From Octopus sinensis (lineage: Eukaryota): a DNA stretch of 64,000 nucleotides. The position numbers and the translations under genes were made by a program. Location of the stretch: NCBI RefSeq assembly GCF_006345805.1, contig NC_043009.1, forward strand, positions 2,418,001-2,482,000, written 5' to 3'. The notes beneath the pieces were generated by a model. It saw only the letters and a program-made list of their open reading frames with translations. It made no database searches and had not been told where the DNA came from. Shown piece by piece: positions 53,111 to 64,000 of this stretch (within the stretch, counting starts at the first letter, position 1; each line of letters begins with the position of its first letter).

Positions 53111-54038
53111 ATAATATTTGGATAATTAATTTCTAACCCTCGGTTTATCCATGTCCCTCTCTGTCTGATATCTATGTTCTTCTGTATCTATCCTTCTCTT
53201 TCCTTTCTCTATTTTCTAAACCTTTCTGTATCTCTATCCGTCTGTCGCCCTCTCTTTCTCTAACTTTCTTTCTGTATATCTTTGTACTTCTGTATATCTC
53301 TTCTACTTTACGTCTCTCAAGCCTCCATTTAAATCTCTATCTTTTCTCTTTTTTTACTCTGCACATGTCCCCCTCTCTAACAATAACATTCGTTCGTTCT
53401 CATAACCCCTTGTTTCTTCTTCATTAACCTGTTGCTAAGCACAGTTTTCAGTGTCTGAACAAGAGTAAAAACTATAATATGCCTCAAGTTTTGTTGCTGA
53501 TTTCACAGTTAATATTTTTATATAATTTGTTTATTTTTATTTATTTAATTTTTGTTTTCCATATTTCAGTATTAAACATACTATATAAAACAACCATTTT
53601 CTCGACAGGAAAAAAATGAACAACATATATAAATAAAGACAAAAAGAAACTGAATTCATGAAAAATAGAACTTAATATATATATTTTTGCTGTGTATTTT
53701 TACAATTATCTTCATATTATTATTCTTATTTCTTCATATACATACACATACACATACATATACATATATATATATGTATATATATATATGTGTATATACA
53801 TATATATATACATATATATACATATATATACATGTATATACATATACATACATATATATACATATATACACACATATATATGTATATACACACATATACA
53901 TATATCTATCTATCTATCTCTCTCTCTATATATATATATATGTATATATATATACACATGCACACACGCATATATATATATATACATACATATGTATGTA
54001 TTAACACATACATATATACGTACACGCACGTATATGCG

Positions 54039-54077
<39 letters not shown>

Positions 54078-54823
54078 GTTCTGTGTATATTTTTATGATC
54101 CTGTTTTGTAATCAGAGACACAACGACAACCTTAATGTCTAACCGTTCACGGACCAATAGTCAATAAACAAGTATTATTTTGTTCTCATACACTACTAAT
54201 GAGTTGAAAAAAAAAGAAAGTAAATCAAATCAAAAGGCAAAGAAATTCAGCAAACTCCTATTGCCTAACAAAACTCATAAATCAATTCATAGAAGAAGAA
54301 ACAACGAACAGAAAATTAACGTATAAATGTATAAATTTATAAATAAATAAGAAATGATAATTATTATAAGAATGGTAATTATTTCTAGCATAGGCACCGG
54401 AATACAAGAGGCCGGATCTGGTCGGTTTGAGCAGAAAACTCAGGTAGAATGTTTGGCCAGGATATGTCCATTTGAGATGCTAAACGTTTAAGGGAAGAAT
54501 TACACGTTTATATCTCCCCCTAGTATTTTTATAGGTAATGTCTTTCTCGATTACCGAAAGACTTCAATGTCGTGGTTGATTTTTGACTATACTATAAAAA
54601 AAAATAGAAGGAAACTATATATTACCTAGGTATATGGCGTCTTAGTAAATGCTGAGAGAGATTAAAGGTGAGGAATTTTCGTTCGGTACGGGATAATTAT
54701 TTAAACCGATTCCAGTTTTTAATATTTACTGTATTTCATCGATCCAGGATGAACGGCAACGTTAACACTGACGGGATATGAACTTAGAACGTAAGCACCC
54801 GGAACCAACACTTGTTTTTAATA

Positions 54824-55250
54824 TACTCTTTTACTCTTTTACTTCTTTCAGTCATTTGACTGTGGCCATGCTAGAGCACCGCCTTTAGTCGAGCAAATCG
54901 ACCCCTGGACTTATTCTTTGTAAGTCTAGTACTAATTTTATGGGTCTCTTTTGTCGAACCGCTAAGTTACGGGGACGTAAACACACCAGCATCGGTTGTC
55001 AATCGATGTTGGGGGGAGGGGCAAACACAGACACAGAAACATACACACAGACACGCTCACTCACACACATAGATATATACATATATACGACGGGCTTCTT
55101 TCAGTTTCCGTCTGCCAAATCCACTCACAAGTCTTTGATCTGACCGAGGCTATAGTAGAAGACACTTGCCCAAGGTGCCACGCAGTCGGATTGAACCCGG
55201 AACCATGTGGTTCGCAAGCAAGCTACTTACCACACAGCCACTCCTACGCC
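54824..55250 (-). mobile_element. Full-length tRNA-derived SINE (family A)
   Basis: The reverse complement runs from head GGCGTAGGAGTGGCTGTGTGGTAAG...GGTTCAATCC, through a central microsatellite-like region, to the tail CAGTCAAATGACTGAAAG...(AAAAGAGT)n. Confidence 0.9.
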
Positions 55251-56227
55251 TATACTTATAAAACACAAATTTCTCTGTGGTTGACTTTGCGTTTCATCCC
55301 CTCGGGGTCGAAAAAATAAATACTACTTGATACAACTTTCGGTTTAATTGACTTAAATCTTCCTACAAAATTTGAAACCAATATACGTATAAAATCTATT
55401 TTATCTGCCAATTTATGAAATTAGCTGATATCAGAATTTCATTAATCCTTTATTTTATCGATCATCGAGAGATGAAACTCAAATTTGATACCCGTATGGT
55501 TTGAACTCAAAATATAACGAGCTGGGGGATGAAATACCGTCAATTCTGCCAACTTCACCAACCTAGTCCATTTTAATCTACGGAAAAGGAAAGAATTTTT
55601 GAGTGGGAAGGCGTAATCCATAAACTGTATTACGTGCAATGTAAAGATATGACAGGGAATACACTCGATACAGTAGAAAATGTTTGTTTTTACTTAATCT
55701 GTATGACGGTAACCAGAGTGAAATTACTGAATAGAAAAACAATCCTTATAATATTCGCATTGCGAGTACTTAAAGAGAATATATGAAGAAGTTTATACAA
55801 TCAAACTATTTAGTACTTATAATTGAGTATAATGTCATTAAACTGACGCTATTAGGCAGACAATTTTATTAAATATTATTAAATATCGCACAGTCTCCCA
55901 ACCAACTATGTCCTGAATTTTCTGCACTACAACGACGAGAGAAAATGAATTCAGATTTCTGTTTTCGTCCGCGTTCATTAGTCTTTACTATATCCACTGA
56001 AACTATTTGTAGCATATTACCGTTATACTATCTGCCATCAGTGGTTAATTACGCCACCTAACAGTCATTTCGGCTAAGCTTTTGAAAACTCACAATTTGG
56101 TTTACTGTGGTATGTTCATGTTCACATCGTTGTCTTTGAGAAACCCAGGTTGCATCTATCAGACTATTTTAAAGGGATATATTTCACTATATTTAACAAT
56201 ATTTAACAATTCTCTTCATCTTATTAG

Positions 56228-56301
56228 TTGATGATCGTTCCCACAATTACCCGGTCGATTACAATATCTATTCCGCGCATCTTTACTCATCGATTGATTA
56301 A
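56228..56301 (+). CDS. Candidate terminal coding exon (phase 1: xDDRSHNYPVDYNIYSAHLYSSID*), product unknown
   Basis: Branch-point-like TTTAAC followed by TTCTCTTCATCTTATTAG acceptor. The phase-1 frame is open to TAA at 56299-56301, GC is locally raised, and the phase is compatible with the 43258-43297 candidate. Confidence 0.3.
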
Positions 56302-57076
56302 CTTCCCTAAATTACTTTTCCATTTCTTAAATATTGCTGACATTGATGATGCGATTCTATTTTTTTTTATTTTAGGGAGAACCGTCACCAATTGTTCTAT
56401 GCTGTTATAAAAACGTTTTGAGCCATTTCGTACTGTCTTTTCTGTAATCATTTCGTGTCGAGTAAGACAGATTTAACTTCTACCAACAGGCTCTTGTCTA
56501 TTTCGTAGAATGTCCTAAAGAGGTGAATGTATTCAGTGTAGGCGATTACTCGAAACGCGATACAAATTGTGCTAATCTTTTCAGTTAACGTGTCTGTCCC
56601 AAGGATCTCTGCGGTTTGTCTACGTCTGTATAGGAATATGATGAGAAAGAAAGCGTTACTTGTAAAACAAGTTTCTTAATGTGACTATGTTGATAACAGC
56701 GAATTATAAAGGAATTCCATTAAAGCACATGAAATATGTCCGCTGCTTCCTTAAACATAGTTCCTTTAGAAAACGACACAGTTATCTCATAAAATTATTT
56801 TATGATAAAGTGTATAATACAATAGAAATAAAATTTTTAAATAGAAGACATCAATAAATCTCATTATCTTAGTAACACAAACTAACAAACTGGATCCCAG
56901 TTACGAGCCGTTCGCTTAAATGTAATTAACAATAAATATAAATTACAAAACGCTAATGAATTATATACACACTCATAATATATATATATATATATATATA
57001 TACATACATATATATACATATGTATGTTTATATATATATATATTTATACATATATATATACATATGTATGTTATAT

Positions 57077-57127
<51 letters not shown>

Positions 57128-57202
57128 TATATATATAAACATACATATATATACATATGCATGTTTATATATATATATGCATATATATACATATGTATGT
57201 TT

Positions 57203-57235
<33 letters not shown>

Positions 57236-57968
57236 CATATATATACATATGTATGTTTATATATATATATGCATATATATATATACATATACATAAATGT
57301 ATATATATATATATGTTGCACACACGCACTAACAAACACACGCGCACACACATACACTCACAAACACATATATTACTTATATATATGCTTATATTTGTGC
57401 GTGTGAGTGAAAGAGAGTCCACTTTAAAAGGAACCTTAATAAGAAAAATCATTATATAATCTTCGAAAGAAAGATCACCGAAAAAGAAAAGTTTATTAAA
57501 GTGAAATGAAAAAAAAAGTCTAAAAGATGTGTAAAAGTAACACTATGAAAAATGTAAATTTTTTTCGTAATAAGTAATAATTAAAAAAATATTGATAATC
57601 AAACAAGAAAATATATTTTAAAATAAAATGAAGAAAAAAAGGGAAATGAATGTGGATGATACAAAAAATATCATTTTTTTTAAATGGAAGATCTGAAAAG
57701 AATTAAGAAAGAAAACATTAGGAATAAGAAGGAAAGAAATATGAAATTTATCAGGAAAGTTGGGTAACTAGATTGAAAGAAAAAATGACTTAAATTCATG
57801 AATAATAGAATAATGAAAGTATGACAACAAAACTGCAACGGCCAAAAATGATGTAAAGATATATATATTAATAAGTAATAAAACAAGGATAAAATAATAA
57901 AAATCATCAAGAGAAATAAAATACAAGAAACACACAAAACAAAGCATCAACGTAATCTAGAGCAACGC

Positions 57969-58001
<33 letters not shown>

Positions 58002-58310
58002 AAAACATATTCAGACATAGAGAAATCAATAGGTAAGTTATAAAAAGGATTTGATCGGACAATTTGAATAAAAATCCCATTAGTTTCTTGGATGACAAAA
58101 GCTGGCTTTAACATTATTGAATATACAACACGAGCAGGCCATTATCAGCTGCTAAAATTTGCTATGTATGTATGTATGTGCGTATATGTATATGAGTGTA
58201 CTTATATATATAGGTTTTCATATACATATAGATATACATGTATACATAAACAATAATATGCATTAAACACACACGTATACATGCGTACATACATATATAT
58301 GCGTGTGTTA

Positions 58311-58361
<51 letters not shown>

Positions 58362-58684
58362 TATACATATATTTATATATATATTATATATATAGAATAT
58401 ATATAGATATATATATACATATTTTTATATATATTATATATATTTTGATATATATATTATAGTAATGTGAGACAGAAAGAAAAATAATTGACGCATGGAG
58501 AAAAGAAGTAGATAATTAAATATTTTTAAATAGCTGTGTGTATGAATAATCTTATATATGCGTGTATTTGTGGGTGTACGTGTGAGAGCAAATATACCGT
58601 GTATAAATACATACATATATACATATTATATATATATATATGTGTGTGTGTATATGTATAAATATATATGTATAAAAATATATG

Positions 58685-58724
<40 letters not shown>

Positions 58725-59199
58725 TATGTATTTTGGTATATGCACATCTACAAATATATATATATATATATATATGTGTGTGTATGTATATCGAACGTAT
58801 TAAATACGTTCATAGTTTTTGAGTCGCAAACTCGTAGGCACAACGATACCGACCAACACACATTGTACACATACGGATATGAAAGCATACGCACTAGCAC
58901 AAAGTCGATATACACGAATATTACGATGCATTAATACGTATGATGACATACAACCTACACATACAACTTCAGGCAGAAGCAGTCATTATAAGACCCATAT
59001 AGAAATGTTAAAACCTGCTTATTATGCATAGCTTAAAGATAACATTGAATATAGAATAAAATATCTAAAACAATATACACATAAGCTAAGCATGTATACA
59101 TATATTTTGCGGAGGTTTATGTATATACATAATTATGCAAATATAAAGATGAGAAGCATACGCACATTACACTGACCCACAAACTTACGCAAACACACA

Positions 59200-59272
<73 letters not shown>

Positions 59273-59375
59273 AATATTTATACATATAAATATCCTTACG
59301 CTTAAATATATATACATGGATATACATACACTCATGTATATAATATGTAGGCATTTATATATATATATATGTGTG

Positions 59376-59428
<53 letters not shown>

Positions 59429-59446
59429 TTATATACATATAAGTTA

Positions 59447-59556
<110 letters not shown>

Positions 59557-60293
59557 TTGCTAATAATCGTGGGTCTCCATTCTTTTTGATGGTTTATAAA
59601 GGCCAGATAATATTCAGAGCGAATGAATGGCGTATGTAAATGAAAACATTCAGGAACAAATCTTTCTCAAACAGCAACATTAACCTATACTCTTCCTCCT
59701 CCCCGTTTCTCTGCCTCTCATTTTCCTCCTCTCTGCCATCATTGTCATCGTCATCATAACCATGGCCATTTATGCTGATCAGCATAACAATCAGCATCAC
59801 ACTAAACATAATAATAATAATAATAATAATAATAACGATAATAATAATAATGAAGATGGTGATGATGATGATGATGATGAATGATGGTGATTATGATGAT
59901 GTTAATGATGATGATGATGAGGAGGAGGAGGATGGGGAAAAACAACGTCATCGGACTTCTATTTTGTATCGTATTCATGCTAAGTGTCAACAGAATCGTG
60001 GGCGTTACGTTCTGCGAGTTATAAAAATTAATTAGAAAAATCGTCATTAAAATATCTACAATAAAGTCATTATAAAAATGCCGCTATCTAATCAAATGCT
60101 ACACATCAATAAAAAAAGCCCACCGGTAGGGGCTGAAAATTGTGGTTTGATCTGCTAAAATAGCAGTCAAATCACACACGACTTCATTAATTTCTGTTCG
60201 TTTCTGTTTTTACTGTTGTTGACTATCCGAATTGCGTTGAAATCTAAAGAAACATATTCCAGCAACATATAATTTATGTTTTTACTATATCAG

Positions 60294-60560
60294 TTACTAG
60301 CAGTAATACCCGTCGTTCATCGGATAATTACTTTTACTCTTTATCAGGAGTCACTTTCAAAGTATTATTATATATATTATAGATTTCTCAACGGGGATTT
60401 CAGGGGAGAGTTTCAGGGAGTCGCTGGCGATGTATCGTGATGATAAAAAATCCGGCCCGCTAAAATTTGGTTAAAGTGATTCAAACTGCAGACTCAACGC
60501 AAAATGGTCACATTTAATTCAAAGCGTTAAAAATGTTATGAAAACGATTGGTATATGTTC
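60294..60560 (+). mobile_element. Possible second Helitron-like non-autonomous remnant
   Basis: Starts TACTAGCAGTAATACCCGTCGTTCATCGG, similar to the start at 20329. The right boundary is uncertain. Confidence 0.25.
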
Positions 60561-62149
60561 ACAAAGTCCAAACGATTAATACGAAAAAACCCTCCAGGCT
60601 ACATCCTGAAAATTCCTTTCTTTGCCGAATTTCTACAATATTTACGGCGATTTGTTTTTATATCTTGATTTTTTATTTTTCATGCAATTTACGCATGCTT
60701 GCACGCGTGGTGAACACAGTTCACGTCAAACAGCTGACTGAGTAAAGTTCACTATTCAATGCATGGGATAAGGCCTAAACAAACACATTATCGATTTTTG
60801 CACTTGCGAGATGAATTTCGGAACAGAAATAGCAGAGGTCAATTTTCATTCGCCTAAACTTTAAGTGACCCCCTTTTGGCTAGGAGGAGATGTGCCGGGA
60901 AGTTAAACACACAGACACACACACAGACACACAAGTTGAGTTTTAGATATATAGATTTCTCATTACGTTATGTACACTATCTAATACATTTTTCCTTGTA
61001 CTTAATTACTGAAAGATTAAGGAATTATATCTAGCATATCAAATTATCATGTAGAGGATCCCTCTATATGCAATGAATCAATGAATTAAATTCTAAACGT
61101 CTCATTGGATTTTACCATGAATGAAGACGACACAGGATAATATAGACGGATAGTATTTTGACTGAAAACCAAAATGGCAGAATATTGTCTGTCCTGTTAT
61201 CTTAAGAGATGACTTCCTCACATAAGTAAGGCTCTTTTAACGATAGCTCAAACATAACCAATAATGACCATAGATAAAAACTATTTGCCGCAGTATCGAA
61301 TGCGGTAATATATGTTAGCATCAAGTTCTCGCTAACATTATCAGTTAATTCAATATTATCGCCAGCGGCGTACCTGTTCACCTTATCGTCTCCATCTTCA
61401 TTGGCATTACAAATACCCTTAAAAAAGTCATTATAAGGGCTTCTATATAAGGCCACCCGAAACAGGTGTTGTACCAGCCAAGTTTGCATTCATTGAGACA
61501 TTAAATTACTACAATAGGAATGACAAATATCAAATTTAATAACGCTTTATGCAAAGGCTCAAATTAATATGGATGACCATTCGGATCAACGATCTGATCA
61601 TAAACTACATAATCATGGCTGATCTGGTGATAGACAACAGCCGTATAAGAGACATATCTCTGGAAATATTAGTAGCTTTTAAAATGCGCTATTTCACCAT
61701 AAATCAGCTTCATTGTTGTACTCAATACAAATGATCTGCAACAGAAGCAGAAAATCAGAAATTAAGAACCAGAGAAACAGAGCTAGATATGTGTGCCTGA
61801 GTGTAGTATATTTTATGCCCTCCTCACACTTATCGTGTATGCTTGTAACGCAAGAGAACAATACCACCACAAGGTAACTTGTCCAACGCGCTGACGATGT
61901 TCTTAATTGACCACCGTAATACTGGTAAATAAATAACTGCGACTGTTATTTAATAATTATATAAAATTTGACACTAGGCCATCAGTCTCGTGAGAGGGGA
62001 TATGCTGATTACTCGTCCCCAAAGCTCAACTGGTGCTTGTTATATCGACCCCTAAAGAAGGAAAGGTAAAGTCGCTTTCCAGCTGTGGTGGTGGAAAATC
62101 ATCAACAAAAATACACACTACAATATATACATATATATATACATGTATG

Positions 62150-62158
62150 TGTGTGTGT

Positions 62159-62237
<79 letters not shown>

Positions 62238-62786
62238 GCATAGAAATATATGCATGTATGTGTGTGCGTCTTTGTCATTCCATCGGGTCGTTGCTTTTAC
62301 GTCCCCGCACGCTCCTTAGCAGTCTGGCAAATGAGAGCGATAGAATACGCAGTAAGCAGTAGGCTTGAAATATAAGTCCTCGGCTCGATTCTACGACTTG
62401 AACCCTTTGTAGCGGTGATCCAGCATGGCCGAGCACAAATGACTGATACCAGTAAAAGAATAAAAGAATATATCTATATCTATATATCTCTCTCTCTTTC
62501 TATATATAAAAATAGATAGATAGATAGATATGTGTGTATGAGAGTGTGTGTATTGGAGTGTACGTGTGTGTATGACAATATAGAAACATAAAATTTTGAT
62601 CCATATATATAGGCATGTATGAAATTCTGAGTGTGTCCTACAGATTGCTACTGGGATGTGCGTAAAGCAATTATTTTAAAGAAAATTAACGTATGATAAT
62701 ATTTCATCTTCTAAGTAAATATAGTCTTTAAATTTATTGATTTAGTTTCCTTCCTATTCATTGACTAATTCAGACGGATGCAGTTC

Positions 62787-62837
<51 letters not shown>

Positions 62838-63383
62838 GCATAGAAATATATGCATGTATGTGTGTGCGTCTTTGTCATTCCATCGGGTCGTTGTTTTTAC
62901 GTCCCCGCAACGCTCCTTAGCAGTCTGGCAAATGAGAGCGATAGAATACGCAGTAAGCAGTAGGCTTGAAATATAAGTCCTCGGCTCGATTTCTACGACT
63001 TGAACCCTTTGTAGCGGTGATCCAGCATGGCCGAGCACAAATGACTGATACCAGTAAAAGAATAAAAGAATATATCTATATCTATATATCTCTCTCTCTT
63101 TCTATATATAAAAATAGATAGATAGATAGATATGTGTGTATGAGAGTGTGTGTATTGGAGTGTACGTGTGTGTATGACAATATAGAAACATAAAATTTTG
63201 ATCCCTATATATATAGGCATGTATGAAATTCTGAGTGTGTCCTACAGATTGCTACTGGGATGTGCGTAAAGCAATTATTTTAAAGAAAATTAACGTATGA
63301 TAATATTTCATCTTCTAAGTAAATATAGTCTTTAAATTTATTGATTTAGTTTCCTATTCATTGACTAATTCAGACGGATGCAG

Positions 63384-63420
<37 letters not shown>
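62150..63420. repeat. Tandem duplication of a 600-bp unit bounded by (TA)n arrays; each unit carries a SINE family A tail
   Basis: 62238-62787 is nearly identical to 62838-63387 (period 600). The SINE tail GCGGTGATCCAGCATGGCCG...GTAAAAGAATAAAAGAAT is present in both. Confidence 0.95.
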
Positions 63421-63423
<3 letters not shown>

Positions 63424-63474
63424 GGTCCCGGGTTGAGTCGGGGTTAACGACAGTAAATAAGGTACTCAATACAT

Positions 63475-63525
63475 AGCTTCCTGATGATTTCTTTTGAATG
63501 AAACAGTTCTAGTCCTGTAGAAGCT
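63475..63525 (+). ncRNA. Type-I hammerhead ribozyme motif
   Basis: AGCUUC-CUGAUGA-U-UUC(UUUU)GAA-U-GAA-ACAG(UUCUAGUC)CUGU-A-GAAGCU. Stem I is 6/6 bp, stem II 3 bp, stem III 4 bp. The core is intact, the triplet is GUA, and 10.1/11.1 is U.U. Confidence 0.72.
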
Positions 63526-63543
63526 CCTTCTATAAAATAAATA

Positions 63544-63640
<97 letters not shown>

Positions 63641-63944
63641 ATATATATATATATGTATATATAGATATAGATATATATATATATATAAATGCATGCATAT
63701 ATATTTACACATTGATAGAAAGCGTTGAGTTTCAAATATGGAATAATTTGCGTGCGAGGATTCGATATTGAAACCCTTCTCCAAAAGAACAAAACCAAAA
63801 AAAAAATTAATGGTAAAATGTGGAAAGAATGGTGAAAATAATTAAATATAATGAATATATGTAAATAATAAATAGATATTAAGTTATAGTAATATCTATC
63901 TACAGAGATAGACACAAACAAAATTTAAAAGTATTACTGGAATC

Positions 63945-63983
63945 ATGAAAGGCAGAGAAGAAACAAAAAGCGGCACCATTCAG
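63945..63983 (+). CDS. Candidate start-codon exon (MKGREETKSGTIQ|), gene would continue beyond the window
   Basis: AATCATGA start context, 13 open codons, strong donor CAG|GTGAGT at 63984. A possible acceptor CTACAG ends at 63905, and an in-frame TAG lies upstream at 63909. Confidence 0.33.
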
Positions 63984-64000
63984 GTGAGTTTGCAATATAG

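Noticed and set aside
52916-53125. Poly-Ala ORF resembling a transcription-factor low-complexity region
   Set aside because: Embedded in a compound CAG/ATC repeat; other frames have stops and there is no splice support.
61202-61489. 95-aa minus-strand ORF with acidic, protein-like composition
   Set aside because: No recognisable domain or convincing splice sites; length is within chance expectation.

Overview
Eukaryotic, very AT-rich, repeat-dominated genomic DNA. The (TA)n/(CA)n/(TCTA)n/(TTA)n load and the repeat families suggest a cephalopod, probably Octopus (inference from recalled repeat types, no search run). Nearly all ORFs in the supplied track are translations of microsatellites. 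Recognisable protein-coding remnants are all transposon-derived: three decayed mariner elements (1.0-2.3, 31.8-33.0, 37.1-38.1 kb), a 5'-truncated CR1-type LINE (16.5-17.2 kb) and an R4/Dong-type LINE next to a (TAA)n array (45.7-48.3 kb). At least four tRNA-derived SINE families are present in many copies. No complete host gene can be called; only three short, low-confidence + strand exon candidates were found (43258-43297, 56228-56301, 63906-63983). No rRNA, true tRNA or CRISPR array. The most interesting unannotated signal is five minimal type-I hammerhead-ribozyme-like motifs read directly from the sequence (13.2, 21.3, 21.4, 28.6, 63.5 kb), with non-standard cores. One has a compensatory G3-C8 swap, and two form a back-to-back inverted pair around a (CTA)n tract. 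Other structure: a 655-bp ~97% foldback palindrome, two microsatellite-bounded tandem duplications, inverted SINE clusters and an internal inversion between two repeat copies. All alignments and folds were done by eye.
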